From contig ML978122.1 of the NCBI GenBank assembly GCA_010015805.1, positions 3,072,453 to 3,136,452 of the forward strand: DNA of 64,000 nt, given 5' to 3'. This document shows, piece after piece, positions 47,211-58,883 of the stretch. Source of the stretch: Rhizodiscina lignyota (Eukaryota). The notes under the pieces were generated by a model. That model was not told the origin of the DNA. It saw only the letters and a program-made list of their open reading frames with translations, and ran no database searches. Every line of letters starts with the position of its first letter. Positions within the stretch are counted from its first letter, which is position 1. The position numbers and the translations under genes were made by a program.

Positions 47211-48703
47211 CTATGTATCCTGATCACTCTTCTCATCGTCATCTTCTCCCTCAATAGTAACCCTCCTCCCTTGAACCGACTTCTCCACCTCGGGCACCAA
47301 CGCATCCATAAATTCCCTGTCCGTCCCCACTAAGGTCACCGTATTCCGACTCTTCCCCCACCTTGGGTAACTCCCAACCTTCACCCCCTTACTCTCCACC
47401 TTCGCCGCAATCTCCGTCAGCGCTGGCGCCACCGCGCTCTCCGGCAGCGGCGTGCTGATCAAGATCCTGTACACCCCGCCGCCCTCGGGATCCGCCACTC
47501 TCAACTGCAGGCTGGGCTTCAATCCTTCCAACAAAGCCTCGAACAGCCGCGGTATGCCAGGCAGGATGTGTATATTTCCGTTCACGCACGCGATCGGCAC
47601 CCACAGGTTATCCTTCACGAAGATGACCTGCGCCTCATCCGATATTTTCGCGTCGTGCGGCAACTCGACCATGCGCTTCTTCGCCGAAAGAGCAGGCGAC
47701 GGCGTGTCCCAGTCGAAGTTTGGCTGCGACGGATGCGGGCGCGAAAGCTTGCGCATGCGCGCGAACGCCGCGGGGTGCAGGGTGAGCGGGAGGTCGAACG
47801 CCTTGGCTATCGAGGCGTACGTGATGTCGTCATGGCTGTGGCAGGGCTTGCGTCAGCTTGTGTCGCCATTCAGATCTGGGTGCGAGCATAAGGCTGTGAG
47901 GCAGAATGCAGAATTGCAGAAATTTGACATGAGATGGTTGGCGCGGGAGGCTTGAGGCATTTAGTGAAGGGGTGCCACGAGGTGCGCACGAGGGCGACCA
48001 CGAGGTGGGCGTATGAAGGGGTTTGGATTAAAAATACGAGCGGAACGATTCCATGGAAGCCTTTAAGGTCGGGGATGAGAATAAGAAATGCGGCGGATGC
48101 GAGAGTGCACGGCCGGGGAGTAGACCGTAAGGCGAGCGGGAGGAGAGGTGATAGGACGGGGCGTATAGTTATGAAATACAGCATAAGGTCTCGAATAGGG
48201 CAAATGCGGACAGACATACGTAGGACCAATGCCGCCGGATGTAACCACAAAGTCATATTTGCTGCTCATTCGCCGCGCCGCTTCTATTATGTCCTCCTCG
48301 ATGTCGGGTATGACCTCGACGCGCTTGAGGTTGATGCCGAGCGAGAAGCAATACTTTGCAAAGTATGCGGAATTGGTGTCGACCGTCTGCAACATGTGTC
48401 CATCAGCGAACGTGCAATACTTGCGACCTGCCTCATCGGTCAATTGATCTGGACTGCTCGACTCACCTTGCCGCCAAGAACCTCATCGCCTATGATGATA
48501 CAGCCGGCCGTGTGAATCAGTCTCCTGCCATCCGGCGCGGCCATGGCAGCGGCGGAAGGGTCTGACGTCGAGGCGCCGAGGCCAGTCGGCGAAATGCGCT
48601 GGTGGAGCGAGGAGTTTGAGGCGATGGCAACCGCTGAGCGATGCGCGTAATTTGGAAGCGGACGCGAGAGATGCCGGGCTAATTGGCTGAGGCGTGCGAA
48701 CAT
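47211..48703 (-). CDS. MoCF-biosynthesis/CinA-like domain protein (FAD pyrophosphatase Fpy1-like) with mitochondrial leader; exons 48703-48467, 48386-48220, 47835-47211
   Basis: IIIGDEVLGGK-TVDTNS, VVTSGGIGPT-HDDITY, ILPGIPRLF, VKVGSYP motifs. Confidence 0.9.
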
Positions 48704-49626
48704 CTGATGACTACAATGAGATGGGCCGGGCTAGCGGTGCAGGCAATCGTGGCATCCTCGTGGTCGAGAGCACGGAGGGAGAGAGGGGGGAAGTCAGAGG
48801 TTGGACTTGGGCTGGTGGAAAAGGGTGGTCTGGGAGCATGTGGGGTACTACCGTGGGTATGGGCGAGGTACCAAATCCGCCTAGGGCGCAGGCATGGTGC
48901 GCTGCAGCATGGACGGAGTAAGGTACAGTAAGAGGGATAGATAGCTCGCTCTGATCGTGACGATATGACGATAGCTACATTAGACGACGGAGCATTCCAA
49001 CTCGCGTGGTTGGGTGGAACGGCGCATCCGCACTCTCGGTTTCCCGAGCGGACGGACGATCGCGCAATCGGCAGTAAATTTGGCAGCCGGGCAGGGGCCA
49101 CTCGGCAGCCCTCGGCAGGCGCGACGTCCACTGATGCCAATCCTGCCCGCTGCCCGGCCGCTTTTGGTGTTGAGAGCGCAAGCTAGACCCGCGCCGCCTT
49201 ACCGCCTTCCTCACGCAGCAGCCGTGGCTGTTGCTGCTGCTCGTCGCCGCGTAAGCTTTGTCTTGGCGCCGGACGAGAGTTGGCACAAAGTCTTGCTCGT
49301 CCCAAAGCTCCCAGACGTCTCCATGCCCTCTCCTTGCCCAATGCTGCGCGACGATGCCAAGCTGAGCCCGCCCCGGCCCTCGCAGCCCTCCGCTCGCATC
49401 TCGAGCGTCTTGGCCCTCCACCACTAGACCGATCTGGCGCTTTCGAGCAATCTGGAATTTGAGTTAACTTGCGTCTTGACCACGTAATTATGTTCCCGAC
49501 TCCGCCTCCCCAGAGGACAAATTGCCCTTAATTTGCTTGGCACAATATCCCCAAAGCAATCCTATTCCCCATAAATTTGCTCCCACGCCCGCCACACATC
49601 GAGCAGAAGGTCACTTGCCCCTCAAA

Positions 49627-50581
49627 ATGACCGACTCTATGCAGGTATGCCCAACACTTCTGTCAGTTTCATCTCGTCGAAATGAGGTTGGCTGATAACA
49701 CTCAGACTCGGAAGGAAAAGGACAACCTCGCCCGCATCAGGGAGAACCAGCGCCGCTCCCGGGCGAGGAGAAAGGAGTACCTACAGGAGCTCGAGGCGAA
49801 ATGGCGAGCCTGCGAGCAGAAGGGCGTCGAGGCGACCGCTGAAGTCCAGGCAGCAGCACGCCAGGTGCTGGAGGAGAACCGTCGACTCCGAGCCTTGCTC
49901 AAAGAGAGAGGCATTTCGGACGCCGACATCGACAATGTCCACCTCTCGCCAACGACGACGACGGGATTCGCCGATGTCATCTCAGCGCCCGTGAATCTCG
50001 AGGCGATGCTCACTGCTCGTCGGCCGTGTCAGCCTTGCTGTGACGGTGGCGACTGTGGACCGGACAGTCGACGATCCAGTTCGACGAACAGACTCTCGCC
50101 ATCGCCGACAGCTACTATCCAGGAGCTGTCTCCAGTCGAAACCAGACATCCTCAAATTCAGATCCGCCCGAGACCGTCGTGGCCGACACAGTCTGCACCG
50201 GAGTACCACGACGCTCCCTTCGCCTGGCACGATCCGGGTAGTCTTACGGTGCCCAGTCTGACGTCGCAGTCGTCTTCGTCGAACTCGCAGCACTCTACTC
50301 CCATCGAAGGCTTTCAAGCGCACCACAGCCTGATGTACAGCGACAACTTCGCACCATCTTGCCCGTGGCCTCCAGCGTTCAGCGCACCTCACTCGAGCCA
50401 TGAAGCCACCTCTTACTCCTGTGCCGAAGCAGCCAACATCATCCGCAGCATGGGTGGCAACGTCGGTCCTGAGCTGGACGACGACCTGGGATGTGCGAAC
50501 ACAAGCGTCAACTGCAAGATCAACAACTCGCTCATCTTCGACGTCATCGATCGCTATTCACACGGAGTGATCCATCCTTGA
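49627..50581 (+). CDS. bZIP transcription factor; exons 49627-49644, 49706-50581
   Basis: LARIRENQRRSRARRKEYLQELE basic-zipper region; VLEENRRLRALL; C-terminal SC..AANII..LGC..CKINN..FDVID domain. Confidence 0.88.
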
Positions 50582-51751
50582 GCGGTTGTTGGCGGAATCG
50601 AGCGCATAGTACTTGCGCGTCCTATCCTTATGTGGAGTATGTCGTGACAGTTTCCGAGTGCGTTCGAGCTTGGTGGCAGTAGCGATCTCTTCGAGCACGA
50701 GAGCTTTGCACCTACACATGACTGTCACTTGACTACGGCGTACGCCTGATCCATCCTATTGCGATCGATGTCATTCGGACAGCCACAAGCTGACAGCGGC
50801 GACAAGCATCGAGTCAGATTCCAGAGCGAGTGCTCCTCCTCTTCGGCTTCAGGGAGCCGACTGCAAGACAGAGAAGCAGCGTCAGGCAAACCTTCACCTA
50901 GACCTAGACCATAGATACCATGATCCTTCATGCTCTTGGCAGTACTCAATCCGGTCACTTCTCCGCATCGGCGTTTTTGCGCCACATTGATGGGTGCCAA
51001 CAATACGCGATGCAAGGATCAAGAGGACATAGGGAAAGGTGCTAACTAGATGTAGGTGGAAGACATAAAGGTGCAAGTCTAGTCGAGATTTCGCATCTTG
51101 AACTCACTTGAAGCGAGCATAGGAGCAGTAGTTTGAAGTGAATTCAAGCAGGAAAGGGCGCTGAAAGCCGAACAAATCCCACTCATGCTTGCTATGTGAA
51201 GAGCTTCCTGAGTAGAAACTACGTTATTAGACGAAAGACACTCCGCACCTGTAGATAGCATTGAGTGTTAGATCAAATTGGAACATAATTGTTGAAGCAA
51301 TAGAACGTGCTGCACACTCCGCTCTCCGCCTCCAAGTTCGCCACGGACCCGTGCTCGGCAACTTCCGCGCTCACAGCAAGCCGCAGGAGCAACGCCAAGA
51401 AGGGCATTAATGGAGCAGCCGACGCAACTTCACTTCCAATTCGCAACAAATCACCAATCCTCCACCATCTAAGCTCGCTCGCAAAATTGCTATCAGCAAG
51501 CTCACAAAGCAATATCTTCGAGTACACAGCAACCTTTACGCTACTCCGCACACCCTCACGCGACTCGACTTTTCACTCGCTCACCCCTCTAGACGCGGCT
51601 ACCGTCACAACTTCACTTGAAGTGCTGAGCCTTTCGCGTCCCACGCCCCGTTCCCCCAACAACAGACAACCTCAGCTTCCAAACACAACTGAATTGCCAG
51701 CATACTACAATCTGAAGCATCAAAGAGGCCTTCAAGTACGTACGTCCCACT

Positions 51752-54268
51752 ATGGGACTCGTACGCTACACTCATGAGCAGTTGCTCAAGCTACAAGAAT
51801 CACCTCTCGTGCGCAAACCGGATGGCCTTCCTTCAATAGCGCAATGGATGGAGTCAGAAACCCGACGTGCAAAGGACGCAGAACAGTTACTCACATCACA
51901 CAGAGTCCCTCAGACCGACCAGAAAGACCGTAAACAACCTCGCCAATCTCTAGGCCGCAACGACGAGCAGGAGAGCGGCGAACCCATCACCCAGCGAAAC
52001 TTCTTTCAGACACGTCAGATGGGAAAGGCTGCTCTATGTGAGTTATACCCACCAATTTTGTTTCCAGACGTTCTTTATAAAAGACCGGACATCACCAACA
52101 CGATCGCAGCATCTGAAGAGCTCCTGCTTGGAAAGTTCCCCATGCCTCGACACCAGATCCGCAACCGCGACTCAGACAAGCCTACAACCCCAGACGACGA
52201 AGGAGCCAATCGACCCTACAACCGATGGTCTCGTACCAAGGACGACGAGGAGAGGCCGACACACCTGGGCCGTGAGAGGAGCAACATGCTGAATCTGCGA
52301 GGTGATAAGGATGATGAAGGTGAAGGGTGGGCGACTGTTAAGCCGCGGAAGAGCTTCGGTCACGAGGATGGCGAGCGCTGGCAGCGCAATGGCGACCGTA
52401 TTCGCGACAAATTCACACGCAACGCGGAAGGTGATCAAGACGTGAAGCGAAACGGCGCTGGTCGGGGCAGATTCGACAAGCCATGGCATCGTGATAATGG
52501 CGAGCAAGAGCCAAGAAGCGCTGGCGGCCGTACGGGTGGCTGGCGAGACAAGGAACGTCAAGATAATCGTGAGTGGGTTCGAGGTGGCCGAATGGACTCA
52601 CGAGTTGAAGAAGATCCAGAATGGATGGATGAGACACCAAAGGATGAATCTGCGCACGTTCGCACGGCAGCCGATATGGAGAAATTCAAGCAGATGATGA
52701 AAGACCAAGCAGCAGGAGGAGGGGCGAAACTTCCAGCAGACAGCCCCGTCGACAAGACCAAGCAGTCGCCATCGGATATGAACATTACAAGTCCTCTTTC
52801 TGGCATCGATGGTGGAGGTCTCTTTGGTAGATGGGGTGAGGCGCAGAAGACTGAGAATAGAGGAGCCAATGGCACTGGTAATGGCACTGGCACTGGCACT
52901 GGCATTGGCACTGGCGCGATCAAGCCCGCTACGAAGGTGAAGGCATCCAAGTTCTCAAGCTTCTTTGGCACGCAAAAGGACGAGGACGTTCGCGAACCCG
53001 AACAGCCATTTGCACAGGCATTTGCCCAGCAGCTTGCCCCTGCCAGCGCTCCCGCAGGAGGTGAACCAAACGATGCGGACAAGGAGGGCTTCAACAAGAT
53101 CCTTGCAATGTTGAGTGGAGCGAACATCGCGTCGCCGCCTCCAGCTCCCACAGCTGGCCCACAGCCGCCATCAATGCCAACTCGTACGCCGATTGACCTG
53201 CAATCACCAGAAGCCCTTCGTCAAGACATGCGCCGTCAAGAATCACGTGAAGAGCCAGGCATGTTCTTCCCAGGTGATGAGTACGGCTTTGGAGGTGATC
53301 AGTATGGCCACCAGAACCAGCACCGGCCACAGAACAAGAACCATGAGCCTCCTGGTCTACCTCCGCAACAGGATTTCCCAAGCCAGGACTATGACTTTGG
53401 CCTGTTCAGTCGCCGTCACCCTGAAAACGCTCCTTCTCGAAATGGGGCGGGTAGTGCCAGGGCAGCTGGCGGTCCATTCGGACCTCCAGAACCTCAGGGT
53501 GGACCAAAGATGGATCCGAATCACGAATTCTTGCTCAACCTCATGCAGTCGCGTGCAACACCACTGCAACGCCAAGAGCCCATCACGTCTCCGTCCGATC
53601 TCAACAACAACTTTGTGTTTCCTGAGAATAAGGTTCCAAAGCAGCCTCATCCTCAGCCACAGCAGCAGAAGATGCGCGCCCCTCCTCCAGGCTTTCCAGG
53701 CATGTACGACGAGCGCCAGCACATGTTCGAGCTTGAACAGCAGCGCCAGCGCGAAATGGACAACATGCCCGAGCTCGGCCGCAAGCCGTCCAACCGCGCC
53801 CCTGCGCCTCCTGGCTTCTTCGACGATCCTGCTATCGCTGGACTCCAGCGTCGCAACACTACCGAGGCGACTTCTCGCCAACCACAACAGCAGCACATGA
53901 CGAACATGGGCATCCCACGCCAGATGCCCCCCCAGCAGGAAGACTTCTTCATGAAGGCACAGCCTCCACCAGGAATGCGTCCTCCAAACATGCCTGAGGG
54001 CATGGGCCTCCCGCCTGGCGTGCGTCTCCCTCCAGGCTTTGGTCCGCCACCTCAAGGCCCGCCGCCGAACTTGCCGCATACCATCCCCAACACTCCGCTT
54101 GGTCATCCGGGTATGCAGCGTATGCCACCTGGCATGTTCCCTCCCGGAATGCCGCCACCACCTCAGTACTTCGGCGGCCCTGGACCAGGCTTCGGAGGCC
54201 CAATGGGTCCGCCACCACCATTCGGAGGCCCTATTCCTCCAGGCCGTGGTAGGGGCATGCCCTTCTAA
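51752..54268 (+). CDS. eIF4E-binding (Eap1/4E-T-like) protein, Pro/Gln-rich; probable in-frame introns 51853-51903 and 52038-52109
   Basis: N-terminal YTHEQLL matches YxxxxL-phi; EEDPEWMD, FKQMMK, SKFSSFF and FLLNLMQ short motifs; PPGF-rich tail. Confidence 0.72.
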   Translation: MGLVRYTHEQLLKLQESPLVRKPDGLPSIAQWMESETRRAKDAEQLLTSHRVPQTDQKDRKQPRQSLGRNDEQESGEPITQRNFFQTRQMGKAALCELYPPILFPDVLYKRPDITNTIAASEELLLGKFPMPRHQIRNRDSDKPTTPDDEGANRPYNRWSRTKDDEERPTHLGRERSNMLNLRGDKDDEGEGWATVKPRKSFGHEDGERWQRNGDRIRDKFTRNAEGDQDVKRNGAGRGRFDKPWHRDNGEQEPRSAGGRTGGWRDKERQDNREWVRGGRMDSRVEEDPEWMDETPKDESAHVRTAADMEKFKQMMKDQAAGGGAKLPADSPVDKTKQSPSDMNITSPLSGIDGGGLFGRWGEAQKTENRGANGTGNGTGTGTGIGTGAIKPATKVKASKFSSFFGTQKDEDVREPEQPFAQAFAQQLAPASAPAGGEPNDADKEGFNKILAMLSGANIASPPPAPTAGPQPPSMPTRTPIDLQSPEALRQDMRRQESREEPGMFFPGDEYGFGGDQYGHQNQHRPQNKNHEPPGLPPQQDFPSQDYDFGLFSRRHPENAPSRNGAGSARAAGGPFGPPEPQGGPKMDPNHEFLLNLMQSRATPLQRQEPITSPSDLNNNFVFPENKVPKQPHPQPQQQKMRAPPPGFPGMYDERQHMFELEQQRQREMDNMPELGRKPSNRAPAPPGFFDDPAIAGLQRRNTTEATSRQPQQQHMTNMGIPRQMPPQQEDFFMKAQPPPGMRPPNMPEGMGLPPGVRLPPGFGPPPQGPPPNLPHTIPNTPLGHPGMQRMPPGMFPPGMPPPPQYFGGPGPGFGGPMGPPPPFGGPIPPGRGRGMPF

Positions 54269-54980
54269 ACTCCACGAGTTTCACCAAACGCCCTGGGATG
54301 TATAGCTGTCGACATCGGCTCGTGCGCTGTACTTGTGGATATCGACGTCCACTGCGACACTCTACCTTCTCTTTTCACTTGCGAATGTTTTGCTAGGCTT
54401 GCCCGTCGTCGCACTGTTCAGCGGTACGAAGGGATGAATGGCAGGCGAACCTCTGCTTTTCTACGAACAGGAATCGAACACAAGGGTGTACATGGGTGTG
54501 GTGATCGTGTGGGACATGCTCGCGAGTTGGATCATGGCGGCGGTCCGGTAGGATAGCTTGCGCGATGCAAAAGTGTGCCACACAGTAGGATAGCGATCTA
54601 CCCATAGGAAAAGAACAACGAATTGGCGGAATGACTACTTTGTCTTCTGCACAAAATGTGTTGTGTTTGATTATGTGTTTTGAGTGTGAGACTTTGAGCT
54701 GATCTCGGCGCTGACGATTAAATGGTTGTGTTTCTTCAACTTCGGCTTCGAGACCATCAATTGCCATGGTGCAAATTCCCTTCGACAAACTCAACATGTC
54801 AATGTCGAAGCTGGCTATTATAGTTTGACGCAGTCCCAGGCATATATAATTGCATATTCAGGGACAGTCTCGCATGTCTCGAAGCGTGAAACTTGCGAAT
54901 CCAGCCACCCAGCCTCCACCCAACCTCCACGCCGGACCACTTGTGCCAAGAAGACACTGATTTGCCCAATACATGATAAT

Positions 54981-55994
54981 TCAATTCTCTTTTCTCGATT
55001 GTCTACTTTCGTCCAGTAGTGCCTGAATGATTTTGAACATTTCTGTCACTTTTGCCTGAATCATCTCGCGAGAAGAACTCGGACATCTTCCGAACTTGTC
55101 CGGGTGCCATTCCAGTTTCTCCTTCTCCAACAATTCTTGAAGATCATCAACACCAGATGCTTCATAAAGTCGCTTGATGGTGTGTCGGCAAGCCTTCAGA
55201 ACCTCATTATCCGGACACGCAGCTGTGCACGGCCAATCTGGAGGATCCGGAAATCTAGTCATGGCTTCGCGGCATGCAAATAAGGCTTCGCGTTGCGCCA
55301 GCCACTGCTTGTACACTTTCCGTTTATTCTCTCCAGTCTGTCGCCTCCTTTGAGCCTCCTCTCGCCGTTTTCGTTCTTGCTCCTGCCGGCGATGCTCTTC
55401 TGCCCTGCGTTGTCCTCTTTCCGCCTCCTCCCTGATCCGTGCCTGCCGCTCAGCTTCTTCTCTCCGGTGTTTTGCCCGCAGTTCTCTTTGTATCCGAAGT
55501 TGCTCCTCATGCTGGTATCTCCGATAGATCCTCACTACTGCCTGCACAGCAATGCTGAGTACCACGAGCGACAGGACAACAAGGATCCCAAACCCGAGGA
55601 CCTTGAGGAATAGTTTGATGGCAGCGAGAATCGCGTGTACACCGGTGCTGATTGCTTGAGAAGTACGATTCATCCATTGAGATATGGCCGTAATCGTGGC
55701 CTTGGGTAAGTGTGCGATCCATAAGGCTGAACTTTTCACGGCTTTGACACAGCGTAGAAAGAAGTCTCCAACGCCAAGTAGGCTCTGGTAAATAGCATTC
55801 CACGCCTGTTGAGTTCTTGTGGCTGCTTTTGCCCCGATATTACGACTGAAGATTGCGTGAGCTTGCTTAAGAGTGGAGTTATAGCCTGATGAAAGATTCT
55901 TGTATATTCGGTGAAGTCGGTCCTGATCGACCGGCAGCAAACGCTGTGCTGTCTCGAATAGCGAATCGACTTGTCGGAGTATTTGAGGTTCCAT
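54981..55994 (-). CDS. Hypothetical membrane protein with coiled coil and C-terminal J-domain-like HPD motif
   Basis: 337-aa ORF; TM segment VLGFGILVVLSLVVLSIAV; E/R-rich coil; EKLEWHPDKF...VTEMFKII. Confidence 0.7.
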   Translation of the reverse strand: MEPQILRQVDSLFETAQRLLPVDQDRLHRIYKNLSSGYNSTLKQAHAIFSRNIGAKAATRTQQAWNAIYQSLLGVGDFFLRCVKAVKSSALWIAHLPKATITAISQWMNRTSQAISTGVHAILAAIKLFLKVLGFGILVVLSLVVLSIAVQAVVRIYRRYQHEEQLRIQRELRAKHRREEAERQARIREEAERGQRRAEEHRRQEQERKRREEAQRRRQTGENKRKVYKQWLAQREALFACREAMTRFPDPPDWPCTAACPDNEVLKACRHTIKRLYEASGVDDLQELLEKEKLEWHPDKFGRCPSSSREMIQAKVTEMFKIIQALLDESRQSRKEN

Positions 55995-56427
55995 TGGATC
56001 ATACCAAGCTCACCGGAAATTTAGAGATGTGCATTGAGAGCTGTCACTGTGCAGTTGGGACTTAATTTAGGCCGTACTCCCAGGCTGTGTATGTCCAACA
56101 AAACATGACTGTAAGGAGAGACCACAAGGGTTTTCAGCATTTGCAATAAGTATCTCAGTAGGGGTGGTACGAAGTCGCGATGTTTGATCGGCTGGCTCGA
56201 CCCTCCGCGTAGGTAGTCTGTATCACCCAAAAGACGTTACACAGCATGCGCAACAGTTTCTCACATCTGATAGGCCGTGGCATTATCCCGAATCTGCCAC
56301 GTTCTAGATGCTAAGCTATATTGTTCATTTAAATCGTAAGCATAACGTTTCCTGATTATGTTTTGGAGCCATACACGGGAAATATAGTACGGAGCACTCA
56401 GCTACGCCGTACTGTACTGGTGGCCTT

Positions 56428-57219
56428 CTATTTGCCCTCCACTTTGAATGCCTCTTCTACAATATCCGTCAATTCAGCCAGATTCTTCACTCTCCAACCA
56501 TATTTCCCAACCTTCATCTCTTCACTTACATTCCCCAGAACCCCCATTCTATCGACCCAAACGCCCGTCTCCAACCCGATCTTCGTCGCCGGCACATGGT
56601 CATGGAACAGGCTCTGTGCAACATGCCAAATCTCGTCCTTCTTGGCACCCAATTCCTTCTCTGCGTATCCGATGAGATACTCAAAGTTGCGCTGGTCAGG
56701 CTTGTACGAGCCAATATCTTGTGCCGTGTAATATGCCGCCAACGGTACTCCTTTCAGTGCCCCCGCAAGAGTTCGTTCCTTTAACACATTGTCTGTATTC
56801 GACAGTGCCACTAGCTTGTAGTATTTGCTGAGCTGGTTCATTGCCGAGACGGTATCTGGGAACGCCGGCCACTTGCTCACTGCTTCTGCAAACCTTGCCC
56901 CTTGTCTCTCGATCTCTTGTGCGCTGAAGGACGACATCGGAACATTCTCAGCCTCTAAGAGGCGTGTGTACACTTCTGACAGGACTTCACTGTACAAGTG
57001 TTTCGACAATGGAACCAAGCTGCTCTCCTGTTTCTTGAAGGCCACGAAGGGGTATGCCGCGTCTGTCTTAAGCGGATGTGAGTCTGGTAGCGCCGCAATC
57101 GGCTCAAGTGAGAGCAATGCTTGACGAATTCCAGTTACCCAGTCGACAAGTGTTCCATTGACGTCAAATGAACATACTTTGAAGTGGGATGGCGATTTCG
57201 ATGGCGGTACTTGTGTCAT
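56428..57219 (-). CDS. HAD-superfamily haloacid dehalogenase type II-like hydrolase
   Basis: FDVNGTLVDW, WPAFPDT, LSNTD, IGSYKPD, WHVAQSLFHDHVPA motifs. Confidence 0.92.
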   Translation of the reverse strand: MTQVPPSKSPSHFKVCSFDVNGTLVDWVTGIRQALLSLEPIAALPDSHPLKTDAAYPFVAFKKQESSLVPLSKHLYSEVLSEVYTRLLEAENVPMSSFSAQEIERQGARFAEAVSKWPAFPDTVSAMNQLSKYYKLVALSNTDNVLKERTLAGALKGVPLAAYYTAQDIGSYKPDQRNFEYLIGYAEKELGAKKDEIWHVAQSLFHDHVPATKIGLETGVWVDRMGVLGNVSEEMKVGKYGWRVKNLAELTDIVEEAFKVEGK

Positions 57220-58281
57220 GATGGTAAATTTCGATGAAATTGTCTAATGATAATAGACGCAGGTATGGGAAGAAATGACAAAATCTCTCAACCACTGATT
57301 ATTTGGCTTCACTTTGGAGTATTGGTATCTTGCATTTGAGTCTCTGCCGAATTGGTCGCAAATGTTATTTATCCATCGCAAAGCTTTCATGGCACTATCC
57401 GCAAATGACTCGCAAGGAAGAACGGCCGTCCTGCCCTCAGCCGTGAGTTCCCCGGACCGCAGCTCTCTTCAAGCGCTCTACGCTTGCTACCTGACAGTCA
57501 GTTCCTTTTGAATTGACCTCTCGAAGCACTTTGCGCTCCGTAGAGTATCCCGTATCCCAAAGTAGCTCGACCCTCCCCGCTATTACATCGCTTCGTACTT
57601 CCAATTTTTTCTAATTCGAGTCAACACGTAGCCCTTTATTTATATCACTTAAAAGCTACTCGATGGGGGAATGCTATTGTGGTACTCAGATGAGCTGTGA
57701 ATAATTTGCTGACAAAGTTATGATATTGAGCTAACTTAAATAGGAAGGGGAGAGGGGCAGGGGGGATAAGGGGTAAATAAGAATAAGGCACCTTACCCTT
57801 TCCCACTCACCAAACTCTACTTCTGTATTTGAACTTGAGCTTGCACTCTTTTTGAACACTTACTACTGCCCATAGATCTCGTGCACTCCTTCTACGATAA
57901 TGACACTGTTGTTCTGTTCTGTTCCACCTTCCGGGGTTGGACATGGTATGGGGTACACTGCGAAACCCAGCATCTGGGTGAAGTCAAGCCCTATGTACGA
58001 CGATGGTGCAATAACCAGGAACATGAAAATTTCTGGATTTTAGTCTGCTCTCGGTGAGCTGTTCCTTCTCCAGCCTCTCCCTACAATTCGCCGTACTCAT
58101 TTCCCGCCCTGATGAGGAGCGACGTATTTGGGCCTTGGTACTGTGACCTGCTTACTGCAGCTTTCGTGAGCAACACTTTGAGTTCAAAAATACCCTTCTT
58201 CCAAGGTCATTGTATGCTCTTCTGAGTAACTCTTTGATTTCATAAACTCACTGTTCTTCTGGCAAAGAGCTCGAAGCGTGA

Positions 58282-58503
58282 TCGAGTCTTCTATCGCACC
58301 GTCCGTAAGAAATGCTTTAATATCGAGAATGCCTTCTTCCACCACAGTTGCATGCTTTCTGAGCAACTCTTTGGATTTATAAGCTGCTCATATCCTGAAT
58401 TGCCGATGCTTCACGAATATCTACAGTTCGTTGCGGGTAGTATAGTCGAGTCTTCTATCGTGTCGCTCGCGAGCAATGCTTTGACATCAAGAATAGCTTC
58501 TTC
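58282..58503 (-). repeat. Degenerate direct duplication (~58 nt), probable gene relic
   Basis: Copies at 58282-58339 and 58446-58503 translate on the minus strand as EEGILDIKAFLTDGAIEDS / EEAILDVKALLASDTIEDS. Confidence 0.55.
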
Positions 58504-58883
58504 GGTCGCCGCTTGATGCTCTCCGGCAACAGGTAGGGGCTGGCTGGACTCTCTATTCTGCCTCTTTGTCAACAGTCTATCAAGATGATATCCCCTCACT
58601 GAAGCCTGGTCTCTACATAGCTCACCTTCGCACTACTCATGAAGTTCAAATGCATTTTGTACAGAGCTCCTCCAATGGACACCAGACCACCTGCACAGGA
58701 TAGAATGGGTACTAGTACATAGGGGTATATCATCACACTGACATAGACAATGCAGAAATGCAACAGAGAATTTCTCGTTCATTTGAAGGTACATTTCCCT
58801 TTTAGGGATCGTCAATTTATGTAGAGAAATCCGATTGTTTAACCAATCAGAAGGCGAAGCAAGATCACGTGACAACAGGCTAT

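Noticed and set aside
52868..52915. GGCACT hexamer repeat
   Set aside because: Ordinary coding microsatellite (Gly-Thr) in a disordered protein
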